In this document: positions 40,546 to 55,204 of the stretch, piece by piece | How positions within the stretch are numbered: the stretch's first letter is position 1 | How the letters are laid out: each line of letters begins with the position of its first letter | DNA from: Octopus vulgaris | Taxonomy: Eukaryota | Direction of reading: 5' to 3' | DNA: 64,000 nt | Assembly: GCA_951406725.2 (NCBI GenBank) | Contig: OX597819.1 | Location: forward strand, 26,474,001 to 26,538,000 | Translations under genes and position numbers: made by a program | The notes under the pieces: generated by a model | What the model was told of the DNA's origin: nothing | Seen by the model: the letters and a program-made list of their open reading frames with translations, nothing else | Databases searched by the model: none

Positions 40546-40890
40546 TTTTGCGTTTATGTATGCGCATCTACGTATACGTGTATAAGTGTCTCTGTGTATA
40601 TGTAAATTTGTATGATTGTATATTCCGAAGACTATCTTCGATAGTGTTAGGAATGATATGGGGGTGTATTGCGCTCAGCTGCTGTGCCAATCTGGAAAAG
40701 CCTGGCGGCGATAGATTTATTGTTGTTTCTGTTTTTGATATGATAAGATGCCTAAAGAAAATGTCCGTTATTATTCCCCTGTAGTTGTATTTCATGGCTA
40801 AATGAGCGAAGTAATGACAATGCACACGAGTCCATCTATAGAGTGGATTTTGGTAGATGAAAATAAATAGAAGTCTGTCGTATGTGCACA

Positions 40891-40955
<65 letters not shown>

Positions 40956-41153
40956 TACACACATTTTTTCTCTCCTTCTTTCTCTCCTTGTTTTTTTTGT
41001 GTCCCTTTCTGTAGAAGAGCGTAGGCACGGAACGTAAAATACTTTTTCAATTCCTGAGCGTTATACTAATACATCTGTTTGATTTCTACACCACCTGCCT
41101 TCGTCTTTTGTTGTTTTTCGTGAACTCTCTCTCTCTCTCTCTCTCTCTCTTTA

Positions 41154-41195
<42 letters not shown>

Positions 41196-41197
<2 letters not shown>

Positions 41198-41356
41198 GAC
41201 AGGCTTCTTTCTATTTTCATCTACCAAAATCCACTCACAAGCTTTTGGTTGGCCTGAGGTTATAGCAGAAGACGCCCAAGGTGACACGCAGTGGGACTGA
41301 ACTCGGAACCGTGTGGTTGGGAAGCAAGCTTCTTAACACACAGCTACTCATGTGCC
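41196..41356 (-). mobile_element. Family B SINE 5' half
   Basis: acgacaggcttcttt..ccactcacaag..cgcagtgggactgaactcggaacc..acacagctactc. Confidence 0.82.
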
Positions 41357-42356
41357 TATATTTGTTTATTTAAACAAGATGGACTCCACACAGATTCTGG
41401 CCACAAAATTCACACACCAGCGCATTGGGCAGACCAAAGGTGTACACGACTGCACATTGCAGACGTGTTGCTTCGACTACAATGCGGCTGAACCCAGTAA
41501 CATGAGATTGCAAAACCCAACTTCTTAGCATGTCTGTGTTTGACGAGTTTATTCTAAAATCCCAGTTGATGAGGTATTTTCTATAAATTTCACCCGACTC
41601 TTTATAGTAAATCTGCCCACCACTAAAAATTATTCTTACATCTGCTTTAATATAACATTCATGCAACATATACATCCACAAATCTACATGTGATTGTGTG
41701 ATTGTGTACATGTCACAGGCTAAAATCCATGCATGTATTGTACATCTTCTTATCTGTCAATCAAGGATCAGTGCTCATACAAACACATCATATTTTAGCA
41801 CACGTGTTTATATGTTGTCATGCGTGCATGTTTATATACTACAAGCTAAAAGTTCTGTATGCTTTGAAGGCATGCATATATATAGAGTGTGTAAGTATGT
41901 GTGTTTGTATGTATATATATGTGTGTGTGTGTTTGGAGATAGACAGATACACACACACGCACACACACACACACATACATACACATACACAAACAGACAC
42001 GTAAGTGTTCAAGCTGATGTTTACGTGATTTACTTCTATATTAATAGTTTCAACGCTGGCAATTTTTTTTTTTACTAGAATTCATATCTTTTTTTTTCTT
42101 TTTTGCGTGGTTGCACTTTTAATTTACTGTTACTATATAAATATAGATCATGGTATACGGAGTTTGTAATATTCATTTCAAATGTACGTGTACTCTCCCA
42201 CCAAAGTTATTTTGACAAGCTTTCCCTCGAGTCTTTTTGTTTTCCATTTCTGATAAGAGTTAGTTATTTATGTTCTTGCATAAGATCATGTTATAATCAA
42301 TTTAGATAAATTGGAAATTTTCTCCCGAAAAGAATAACAAATTTGACATGCGAGCT

Positions 42357-42379
42357 AATTAATAATAATAACAATAATG

Positions 42380-42433
<54 letters not shown>

Positions 42434-42508
42434 GTAATAATAACAATAATAATAATAATAATAATAATAGTAATAATAATAGTAATAATAATGATAATAA
42501 TGATAATA

Positions 42509-42539
<31 letters not shown>

Positions 42540-42615
42540 TAGTAATAATAATAATAATAATAGTAATAATAATAGTAATAATAATAGTAATAATAATGAT
42601 AATAATAATAGTAAA

Positions 42616-42649
<34 letters not shown>

Positions 42650-42681
42650 GTAATAATAGTAATAATAATAATAATAATAAT
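42357..42681. repeat. (AAT)n microsatellite, ~325 bp
   Basis: Seen directly; source of the poly-N/I/L ORFs. Confidence 0.97.
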
Positions 42682-43170
42682 GGTGTTATGTACATTCCTT
42701 TGTCTTGGTATAAAAGATGGGCTATAGCAAATATTCTGCTCAATACCACAGGTTTGCTTGTCAGTTGTTTGACATTAACCAGTTGAGCATGTCACTTAGT
42801 GGCTGACGATATGTGCATCTCTGATCACGAGCAGTAGTGGGGCAGCATTATAGCCATGTGTTAAGAGGGATTCTTTGGGGTTTGAATAATTCACCTCTGG
42901 AAACATGGCTGTTTCGTTCAACATCCTTAAACAACCTTTATTCAGGGACCTTTTGAGCGGGATGGGTTACTCAACCTGAGGAAAATCCTAACTGGGCCCC
43001 ACCTGCAAGGGCATGTGCTGTTTATCTTGATATGAAATCACCATGTCGCGCACATATGGTTGTGATGCATGTGCCTAGTGTACCCTTATCAGACGGGTAG
43101 TCATGATGGCTATACCGGGCTTCGTAAATTTTACCCGAGTGTCGCTTTGATGGCATGCACTACTCTCTCC
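42682..43170 (+). mobile_element. Non-coding interspersed element within AAT repeats (possible 3' UTR or non-autonomous derivative of an R4/Dong-like element)
   Basis: Second partial copy at 11521-11600, also in a TAA array; no ORF. The family assignment is inference. Confidence 0.55.
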
Positions 43171-43234
43171 ATGATTATGATATTAATATTAATAATAAGA
43201 AGAAGAAGAAGAAGAATGTTATTATTTTTATTAT

Positions 43235-43612
43235 TATGGTGATTTGGTTCGGGATCCGGTATTATACCTAGTATGAATTATGTGGATAGCGAGTTACTAC
43301 CTGTAACCTTAGTTATTCACAAGTTTTCGGTAGTCTTTTAAGTGCTGAGAACCCTGAGGTTAATTCTTGCTGTCCCTAAGAGACAAACTTTCTGTAGGAG
43401 CTCTACCGGGCCACTTCAATCTCATTCGGCCATTTGTTTATATTTTGTCCCACTGTTTCCAACGTAACAATTATTATAAGCACAGCCTTTACTGTTCGCA
43501 TGCTCTAAAATTGTCCTATTTCAACATTTGGTGGTTGTTTTTATTTTCCTTCGTTTCTCTTTCATCCTCTTTAGTTACGAGTCTGCAAAGTGGCATGATG
43601 GATTGATAAGCA
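43235..43612 (-). mobile_element. R4/Dong-like retrotransposon 3' end (RLE domain remnant)
   Basis: Across frames: SMRTVKAVLIIIVTLETVGQNINKW..ELLQKVCLLGTARINLRVLST*; flanked by TAA repeats. Confidence 0.78.
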
Positions 43613-43791
<179 letters not shown>

Positions 43792-43793
43792 TG

Positions 43794-44292
43794 TGTGGAG
43801 GTGCAATGACCCAGTGGTTAGGGCAGCGGACTCGCGGTCGTAGGTTCGCAGTTTCGATTCCCAGACCGGGCATTGTGAGTGTTTATTAAGCGAAAACACC
43901 TAAAGCTCCACCAGGCTCCGGCAGGGAGGGGAGGTGGACCCTACTGTACTCTTTCACCACAACCTTCTCTTAGTCTTTCTTCCTGTTTCTGTTGTACCTG
44001 TGTCATGCTGAATCTCCCCGAGAACTACGTTAAGGGTGCACGGGTCTGTGGAGTGCTCAGCCACTTGCTTAATAATGCTCAGCCACTCATTAATAAATGA
44101 GCTGCGACGTCAATGGTGCCAAGCTGTATCGGCCTTTGCGTTTCCCTTGGATAATATCGGTGGCGTGGACAGAGGAGGGAGTTATGCGTGGACGACTTCT
44201 GGTCTTCCATAAACAACCTTGCCCAGGCTTGTGCCTCTGAGGGTAACTTTCTAGGTGCAATCCCATGGCCATTCATGACAGAAGGTGGATCA
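43794..44292 (+). mobile_element. Family C SINE, composite body
   Basis: Head as in 4333-4620, middle as in about 23430-23480, then a third distinct tail. Confidence 0.82.
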
Positions 44293-44301
44293 CAATTAAT
44301 A

Positions 44302-44356
<55 letters not shown>

Positions 44357-44367
44357 CATTATTATTA

Positions 44368-44803
44368 AGGTGGTAAGCTGGCAGAATACCTAGCATACTG
44401 GACGATATGCGTAGCGGTATTTCCCCCTTCGCTACGTTGTGAGCTCAAATTCTACCGAGGTCGACTTTGCTTTAAATCTTTTCGGGGTCGATAAATTGAG
44501 TACCAGAGAAACACTGGTCTCGATGTAATCGACTAGTCTCCTCCCCACAAATTTCAGGCCTATAGCAGAAAAGATTATTATCATTATTATTAAGGCCGTG
44601 AGCTGGCAGAATCGTTAGCACGCCAAGCAAAATGTTTAATGACATTTCGTTCGTCCTTACGTTCTGAGTTCAAATTATACCGAGGTCAATTTTGCCTTTT
44701 ATCCTTTCGGGGTCGATAAATTACGTACTAGTGAAGCACTGGGTCGATCTAACCGAGTAGCCCCCTGCTCAAAAATTTGAAGCATTGTGCCTCCAGTAGA
44801 AAG
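44368..44803 (+). mobile_element. Two tandem family A SINEs with ATT spacers
   Basis: Two gctggcagaat..ccgaggtc..tttcggggtcgataaatt..agaaa units. Confidence 0.88.
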
Positions 44804-45163
44804 TATTATTTTTATTGTCGTTATTCTTACCTTTCAGATTCCAACTATTGTTTTGTTTTTTCGTTTGATCCTCTCAGACATTTTTGCTATTATTGTTTTT
44901 ATTTAACCTTAGAAATCTACTGATTTTATATATGAAACAAAGAGGCACCCAGCATATCTCTCTTCTTCTCTTCGTTTAATACATACTTTCTGTGGCATCC
45001 TGGCGTTTTGGAACGGCTATAATGTGTGACAAGAGAAAATGCGACTGTTATTTCCAGCAGGTCGAGAATCCCAAGCAATCCCGAGAGGCGCAGTTTTACT
45101 TGCGTTTCTATAGAGTACAATATATTCCATCTTTCGGTCTGTCCCTTTATCCTTCTTTCTCTC

Positions 45164-45209
<46 letters not shown>

Positions 45210-45623
45210 AATAACACGTGATTTGTCAAAAAATAAACCAATTATGGCTAGCATTCTGATATAGCAATATAGATTCCTCTTTTACCTGACGAACAACATT
45301 TTTGGTTATTTTAAATTCAAGACTATCAGCGGACAGGATATAATAACTTGCGACCAGACTAACGCAATCAATATTCAATGGTTTTATTGTTCATGGATGA
45401 CTTCTCAATTATCTGAAAAATAGTTGGAACAAGACGACTGAATGAATAAGTCTTTTATTCAAAATTCACCGAAGAGAAGGAGAAAGAGGGTTCCAGTAAG
45501 TCAAAACCGGTGAAGTTAATTACACGTCCTCGCGCCAGTTTGATTTTTTTTCTGCTAGTGGGACAGACGTACAAGATATTTGTGTTATACACGAGATATA
45601 ATTCTTGTGTATGTATATGCGCA

Positions 45624-45662
<39 letters not shown>

Positions 45663-47407
45663 GCATATGTGTGCACATGTATATGTCTATGTATATGTAT
45701 TTATATATATATATATATATATATATGCTTATGTGTGCACATGTATATGTCTACTTATATGCATTTACATATATATATATTTATGTTCATTAATATGTAT
45801 GCATATGCGTGTGCGTGTATATGCATGTATATGTATACATATATATATATGCCTGCGTATATATTTGAATACATATAATCGTATATATGTGTGCACATAT
45901 ATGTCTGTGAGTGTGTGTGTGTAGAATATAAGGCATAGATAATAGTTACTACATATTTTCATTATATATACTTATATATTTGTGTATATGTTACTATGGA
46001 TTTTGGACATGCCTATACGTTTTACCAAACGTCAAAATACAAAAGGATATGATTTGTTGGTAGAGAGATAGTTCTTGGCGTGAAATTATTCTCGCATATA
46101 GCTATAACCTATATTTGTTCAAAAGCCAAAAGATTATTATTGTAATATGTCGGCAATAACCTCGGGAACCCTAAGGTTCTGAAGTGAAAAGAACCTGACT
46201 TTAAAAAAAAATTAACAATTGTTGATCTCTTCCTTCAGCTTCCAGTTTAAAATAATGATAATGGTTGACCAAATACTTTATATCATATATTGGGAATTTT
46301 GCTTGACTTTGCACTTATATATGCGTATATTTACCTACTATTTACATATTTGATGTGTTATTCTTTGTTACGTTATATTTGGTATTTATTTGTAAAAGCA
46401 TTTAATTATAATTTAGAAGAAAAAATTGGTAATTCCTCTATAACTTAAGTCAGTGGAAATTTTTATGACCAAAGAGAAAGAAAATGATTCTCCAATGATA
46501 TATGATCATAAATTTATTTGAATTAATTTGAATGAGTTTATAAATTTCTTTATGATTTGATGTGGTATAAGTGACTTTGCTATGGTCTTCGGAGACGGTC
46601 TGTAACACTAAATCCATTTTAAAATGTGACAAGATGGCATGGTTTCAAAGACAACTGCAAAGAAATAACGTCCGGGGGTCGGGGGACTCATTGATCTTGC
46701 TAGCGCAGGCCTTCATTGTTCAACAAGTTTTGGTTTCTATATCCCCTTCCAGGACTCGCGATCCTGAGAGATTTAACATCACCCCTGTTAAAAAGTTGTT
46801 TTTTCACCAGAATTTTTATTTGTGACCGCCCATTGTATTTGAAATGATTTACAATTGCACATTTAACCCATTTACAATTTCCTTTCCAGAAAGTACTGTC
46901 ACTTTACTAATGATTTAAGTTTCCGTTAATTTTTCCGTTACAATGTTTAACGAAATTAGTTCGAATTTCTAACATATGTATGTGTGTCTATGTTTCTTTG
47001 TATGAGGGTGTAAATATATATATGTGTGTGTGGCTTTACATAACTTTTAATGAATTATTAAATTAATTTTGGTAAATTTATGAGGTACTAATTCAATAAA
47101 TAGCCTCGATTTTGTAATAAAAAACATAAAATTAAAAACACAAAAGGAGAAATACAAGTTGAATACATTTATGGGTGAAATTTATTAAAAATCAATATAA
47201 CAGAAAATTTCAGGGCATAAAGTTATTATTATACGTTCACATTCTGTGAACAAAACGTATAGGAATTATAATTTAAGCGTAACTGCTTTATCAGTTATCA
47301 TAGATATATTCTGTTGAATAATATAATTTGACAAATTGTGGTACTTTAGTGACGTCTTTGCCCTGTATGTATGAATATGCATGTTACTGGATATATACAT
47401 ACATACA

Positions 47408-47439
<32 letters not shown>

Positions 47440-47449
47440 CATAAATATA

Positions 47450-47494
<45 letters not shown>

Positions 47495-47907
47495 AAAACT
47501 TAGGTAAACTTAGATATATTTCGACCAAAGATTGGTCCAGGCCATGTCTAACTTAATAGCACCACCTGATAGGATTATTTGAATCCTGTTTAAGTCAAGT
47601 TTTGTTTATGGTCCATTCAAGTAGTGAGTTTTTGTTGGGTGAGTTGTATACACTTATGGGTGGCTTATCTGGTATTCCTTGAAGGAATCTATCTAGACTC
47701 CGTTTCAATTTGATGGGATCCTTTTCCTCTTTGATCCCTTTCGGGACAATGTTAAATAGGGCAGGGCCTGTTGAGGAAAAGAAATTATGTTGCAGTGTAC
47801 ATGTATGCTGTGATCTGGAATTGGGCAGGGGACGTATGGCCCGTGGTCCCAGTCTTGGATGAACGTTGAAGCTAATGTTCAGGTCGTTTGGGCAAAGTTG
47901 GCGGTAT
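47495..47907 (-). mobile_element. CR1/L2-like LINE 3' end
   Basis: [60 protein letters not shown], typical of an ORF2 C-terminus; short 3' UTR ending in ctaagttt repeats. Confidence 0.8.
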
Positions 47908-47910
47908 GCG

Positions 47911-47975
<65 letters not shown>

Positions 47976-48540
47976 ATATGTATGTATGTGTGTGTATGTA
48001 TGTATGTATGTATGTATATGTATATGTATGTATGTATATGTATATGTATGTATGTATATGTATGTATATGTGTATGTATATATATGTATGTATATATATG
48101 TATGCATATATATGTAAACATATGTATATATATGTATGTATATATATGTATATATATGTATGTATATATATGTATATATATATGTATATATATATGTATA
48201 TATATATGTATATATATGTGTATATATATATGTATATATATGTATATATATGTATGTATATGTATGTATATATGTATATATATGTATGTATATATATGTA
48301 TATATATGTATGTATATATATATATATATAGTGTGATCTCTTGAACCACATCTGCATGTTCACATAAATCAAATGCATTTATATAGATGTTATACTTCAG
48401 ATGATATCTATCTATCTACATATATATATATACATATATAGACATATATACATATATATACATTTATGTATATATAGATATATATATATACATATATATA
48501 TGTATATATATACGTATATATATATATATACATACATATA

Positions 48541-48585
<45 letters not shown>

Positions 48586-48885
48586 ATTGTGTGTGTAATA
48601 TACAACATAATATATATATATATATATATATCTATACATATGTATATATCTATATATATGTATATATCTATATATATGTATATATCTATATATATATTAT
48701 ATATAATCTATATATATGTATATATATATCTATATATATGTATATATCTATATGTATGTATATATATATATATCTATATATCTATATATATGTATATATC
48801 TATATATATGTATATATCTATATATATGTATATATATACATATATGTTTGTATGTGTGGATATGCATAATGTGTGTGTGTGTGTG
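47911..48885. repeat. Compound TA/TG/TATG microsatellite block
   Basis: Seen directly. Confidence 0.97.
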
Positions 48886-50094
48886 TCCATGCCTTACGAT
48901 GTTCTTGTCTGTAGGTAAATGAAATATGGATTTGGCTACAATGAATGAGCAACAACCTTGCTGCATATTTCCATTTTGTATTTTAACATATTTTTGACAT
49001 TTTCACAGTTACATTAAGTTAATATTATTGTTCTATCGTGTTATTATTTCGGCAGCACACAAAGTAAAACTGTTAGGAAGCTCTGAGAACATTTAATGCG
49101 TCTCAGCACGTATCAGTATACACGTGGCATACAATATCCTATGACCTTATTTGTTGCCTCAACTCCGTTCTGGATATTCTTAGTTTTTGCTACTAATAAT
49201 ATGTACATTATTGTGTCAATCCCACTTTTTTATGAGACTAATATGCCTTTTCGCCAGCTTAGATTATACGGGTGTGTTTATATACATTTGTTTTTTTCCG
49301 ACAGAGTACAATATATAAATCTCCTTTCAAACAAATCTTGCAATCTGGAGTATTGTTTATACAACGTAATCCAAGGTACACAGATGTCGACACGACCCAT
49401 CCAGGGTGTTCTGGTCTAACCAACAACTTAGATCTTTAAATTGTTTTGTCAGTTTATTTTCTAACGATGCTCTATAACTCTTTTGGGTCATTGAAATCCT
49501 TAGAGAGTTTCTCAACGTGATTTATATCAGATACCAAAGATTTAAATAAGAATTTTCAAGAAGTCTTCATTAAAGTCAATAGACACGACGTAATTTTGGC
49601 TTCAACAACTTGATAGGTTTACGTCAAGTATTCTGACATACTAAAAGCTTCCTGATATTTGCTTGTGAACGCCAAGTTTTAAAATGGCTTCGACAATGTT
49701 CACACAGTCATAGTTACATATTCATACATAAACTTGTTTCGTTATCGTTTTCATATACAGTTTAGCTAAGATGTACCCTATCTACAATGATGTAATTTCT
49801 TCAATGGTAACTGGCAAAGAGAACTTCATCTAATGAATGTAATGGCTTTCATATCACCTGCGCAACATGTTCATACAAATGCGAAGTTGTTTGACAATAT
49901 CTGCCTGCGGATTCGATCGCACATTGGCCATCTTTCCACTTCTTTAGCCTCTTGTTGCCCATTACTTTGCAAGTACAATCTGGTTGAGTGCAGATGTGAA
50001 AAACATGCTATATTTTATATACTATATTTTTCTTTACTAGTTTCAGCACAAGTTGCACCCGTGCTGGCGCATCGCTGTTAGATTTGCTTACACT

Positions 50095-50420
50095 TTGCAG
50101 TTGGTGAATGAGGAGGTTCCACGTTACTGCCCTCCTAATAGTTTCCTGCTACGTGGTAGGTTCATCCGTAGCTCCTGGAAGAGGGAGACCCAGTTTTGTT
50201 TCGAGCACACCTACATCCAACCCATGTAGGTCCCTCATGCATTTAGGAAGAATATTCAAGAGCTGTAGGCCCAAGCTGTTGCAGTATGGGGTCTTGTATC
50301 CTGATGCCAATGTTGGAAATGTTTGCACTTTGCAGTGGCGCCCCTTTCTACTGTTTGTGTATCTTTGAACTCCATAGTTTGGTACAAGTTCTAGGATTTT
50401 CCAGGGGTAATGTTGCTGGT
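50095..50420 (-). mobile_element. CR1/L2-like LINE 3' remnant (second family)
   Basis: WKILELVPNYGVQRYTNSRKGRHCKV..YCNSLGLQLLNILPKCMRDLHG..ETKL. Confidence 0.72.
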
Positions 50421-50474
50421 TATTGAGTGGTATGTGATCTTAAAAATCTTACGTCGTTATGTTTATGTTGAGAA

Positions 50475-50951
50475 ATTTCTGAAATTACGGATGCAAAAGT
50501 AAAAAAATGTGGTAGACCGAACTGTGCAACATGCCCTAACCTGCTAGAAGGATCAGAATTCCTCTTCAAAGAGGGACAGAAATTCAAGATCAAATCTGAT
50601 TTTACTTGTGCATCTGAAAACATAATTTATATCATAAAATGCTCGGGCTGCAACCAAGACTACGTGGGATCCACGGGACTATCACTCAGACGTAGATGCA
50701 CACTGCATCGGCAACAGATTGCATTCCCAGAATACGGAATGATACCTTTTAGTGAGCACATTGAGAAATGCGCAAAGCAACTACTACCACAATTTTTGAT
50801 CTTTCCATTTTACCAATGTGCAATCGGAACACCAACACAAATTAGACTAAACAAGGAAACATTCTTCACTGAAAAGTACAAGCCCAGACTTAACCATTCC
50901 AACATACTTATACAGAGAAAATCACCCCAAAGGAAAGGCAAAACATTTTAA
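50475..50951 (+). pseudogene. PLE Cys-rich linker and GIY-YIG endonuclease (uninterrupted but 5'-truncated frame)
   Basis: KKCGRPNCATCP..FTCASENIIYIIKCSGCNQDYVGSTGLSLRRRCTLHRQQI..FSEHIEKC..RLNKETFF..PRLN. Confidence 0.9.
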
Positions 50952-51060
50952 GCGATTATCTCCCTTACACCGGAAGAAATCACTTATTACCTCCCCTTAT
51001 CTAGAACTCTCTTCAACATAAATATAACGATAACTCTTCTCAACATAAACATAACGACGT

Positions 51061-51100
51061 AAGAAATTTGAAAAGCTAAACGCGAAACCGGTCATTTCTT
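51061..51100 (+). ncRNA. Minimal type I hammerhead ribozyme, U3-A8 core variant
   Basis: aagaaat TTGAAAA gc taaac gc GAAA ccgg TC atttctt: perfect 7-bp stem I, 2-bp stem II, palindromic stem III. Confidence 0.78.
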
Positions 51101-51260
51101 CTAAATTATGTCATTGTAAGAAAACAACTTATAATATTCTTCAGACATATTGACTCAAATATATGTTTTTTAATCTTTTAAAACAAGCCTTCTGTAGTCT
51201 TTTCACTTTTTACTATTTTCTATATATTCAACCACGTGATTTCACAAACCAACTTTCTCA

Positions 51261-51299
<39 letters not shown>

Positions 51300-51743
51300 G
51301 CTGGGTTTCTTCACAGAATCTGTCTACTGTTATACACACATACACGCACATATAAGTAAATAAGTACTGTGTTTGAAGGTGATGCTACAATAACAGATTT
51401 TATCATTAAAAAATTTACAGAAAATCCTGTATTAGAGAGCTCCATTCAATGAAAAAATCTATATTGTTTAAATCACCTATTTTCTGAGAGACAAAACGGA
51501 GGCATTTCTGTGACACAAAATATGTATTCATTGATGTGTAACTATTTGGTATAAGCACTTTACTTGTATGATGTGATATTCAAGGCGGCCGTTTGACACG
51601 GTGGTTGGAATCAGAGATAAACTGATGTGAAGTATGAATTTCGTGCCTTTGCGCTCTGAGTTCCTGTCCCACTAAGGTCAACATTAGAAAACCACCTGTC
51701 GTGAACGATGAAGTGCCAGTCATGTTCTGAGATCTATATTTCT

Positions 51744-52112
51744 CTTCTTCTTCTTCTTCTTCTTCTTCTTCTTCTTCTTCTTCTTCTTCTTCTTCTTCTT
51801 CTTCTTCTTCCCTATCTTCTTCTTCTTCCCTATCTTCTTCTTCTCTATCTTCTTCTTATCATTATTATTATTTTTCTTCTTCTTTTTCTTTTTCTTCTTT
51901 TTCTTTTTCTTCTTTTTCTTCTTCTTCTTCTTCTTTTTCTTTTTCTGCTTTTTCTTCTTCTTTTTCTTTTCTTCTTCTTCTTCTTCTTTTCTTCTTCTTC
52001 TTTTCGTCTTCTTCTTTTCTTCTTCTTTTCTTCTTCTTTTCGTCTTCTTCTTCTTTTTCTTCTTTTTTTTCCTCTTCGTCTTCTTCTTCTTCTTCTTCTT
52101 CTTCTTCTTCAT
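51744..52112. repeat. (CTT)n-derived polypyrimidine tract
   Basis: Seen directly; source of the poly-K/E/L ORFs. Confidence 0.97.
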
Positions 52113-53013
52113 CATGTGTTTGCATGTGTTGAAGAAATCGGCAGCTTAGAGCCAGGGAGTGTTGGGATCTGGAAGTTTAAAAAATGAATGTTGAAAGCTC
52201 CGTCGGTACTTTTAGGGTGAAAGCTGTAAAAATTTTAATTCGGTACATTTGAAGGAATATCATTTGTGTAAACTCGATGACTGGATAGCCATTAGGTCGT
52301 CAGCTGCTGTTCTACAGAAGCAGTTTTATCGAATCCTCAATATCGGTTTTTACTAACGCCAGTATGGTTAAAAGCAATGTGTCTATTGCCCTTTGATATG
52401 TTTTACAAAATCGGTAGATATGAAATTTCTTATATTCCCCAAGCTGAGAGAAAGCGTACATGTGCGTGGATACAATGTATTATATTTTGCGTACACCAAT
52501 TTTATGCGCTTTATCGGATATTTTCTAACAGCGCAATTTTTTTCTCCGATATCACTAAACTTTAGTTTATCGGAATACTTTAAGTGCAGTAATATGAACG
52601 ATGGACATTTGACATTGCAAAGGTGAACTTTTAAATGTTTATAAAACATTTTGTAAAGTTTATAGAAATTTTCCAAACTCCAATCCTTTAAGCGGTTGAT
52701 GTTGGCTTCAAACTGATTTAATTATTTAGCCGTCACTACAGAAACGCAGAACATATCTAATGGTATTTCAGTAACATTGTTGACTTAAGACTCGACATGT
52801 TAGAGTCTGAAACATACTTAATGTGTATATGTCTTTGTGCCCACATCTTTTGTGTGCGTATGTCTCTGTGAGTCCGTTTGTCTGTTGATCTGCAGGACTT
52901 TGAAATCATTTTTATTTTATCGAGCGACAGCAATTGAATCAGTTCTTCTAGAAAAGGAACATGTATAGTTTTACTCTTTCGTTTTTAGAACTAATTTTCA
53001 TTATGTAACATTG

Positions 53014-53078
<65 letters not shown>

Positions 53079-53083
53079 TATAT

Positions 53084-53952
<869 letters not shown>

Positions 53953-55204
53953 CTACGGCATTCCATGGTTTAAAAGGCCAAAGTACGAAATTTGCAAAAC
54001 ACCAAGTATTTCCGACCGGCCAATGGAATTATTGCCCACTTGAATTTAGAATGCCAGTTTTCCTTTATAGAAATTGGCAGCACAAATTTGAACGAAAATA
54101 TACAAGAACATAAGGATTAGCTCTATATCCCTGTTTCTTTTAAATATCAAATATGGTTGATGATATCAGAATTTTAATTTTGTGTTAAGCCAAAATAGCA
54201 AACAGGAACATTGATCTACTGCTTGGTAATCTTTTGCCCTGTAGATCAAAGCTTTTGAAATGTTATTATTCATAGGTTTGTAGCATTCAAAACTGCACAA
54301 GCTAAATTATTACAAGAATGGTTTGCATTAATCGTGGGTTTGGTTTTTAAAATAATGGTGATTTTTTTTCATGAAATGGGAAAAAATTTTCTTGAAGAAT
54401 GTTCCAGCATTATGAGAACAGAGATTTAAACGTAGCAGTGCATAATGTCGTAAGATATTTCTAGGTCAGCACTTAGGCAAGAGATTAATGCGATAAATGT
54501 AAAGTAACACGCAAAAAATTAGCTGTATTTATAATATAGTTGGCAAAACGTATTTTTAAAATCTATTTAGAGGTGGCAGTTCATTTTACGAAATTGAATA
54601 GAACATCTTCTCCATATAAACCGCCTGACAATTTAGAGAAATTTGTTGTATGAAGGTCCAACATATAATAATTTTCAATTATTTCGCACTATTAAACTGC
54701 ATCATACGACTTCAAGGTAACATCAAAGCAGTTTCTTCCGTTTTTTATGAAAAAGGTATTTATTTTATCCCGAAGCATGCAAGGTATTAATATTATATTT
54801 CTATGAAAATGTGAAGCTTAATGAAAATATGGTTTAGAAAAGGAAGGATAACTGTTTATAACATCGAAATGAGTAAATGTCCAATTTATTTTTTTTTCCA
54901 TTTTGATACCGTCGTACAGTTCTATTACAAACACACTATTATTCCACAATAGAGGAGAAATTGCATTCTGTTTGTTCCAAGTATGATTGGATGGCTGCTG
55001 TCCTTGCTAAATATACCAAATTCGCTTTTACTAAGGTTAATTAATCTGCATCTGGTGTTAGTAATTTATCTTGTGATAAGATGTAATTTAGGATTTACGC
55101 AAGGCCAAATATTGAAATTTGTCGTCTATTTAAAGGTTCGTGGTAATGTCCTTGCTTCCAGTGTATATTAAATTATATGTATTGATGTTAGGTATTTGAT
55201 AGTA

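Larger units (their letters stand above)
50447..51262 (+). mobile_element. 5'-truncated Neptune-like PLE with 28-bp inverted terminal copy
   Basis: GIY-YIG frame, 3' region with HHR, ends in (TA)n; 50447-50474 is the exact reverse complement of 51037-51064. Confidence 0.88.

Noticed and set aside
42297-42786. Long poly-L/N/I ORFs (likewise the YI/CV, poly-K/E and poly-Y ORFs elsewhere)
   Set aside because: Translations of microsatellites.
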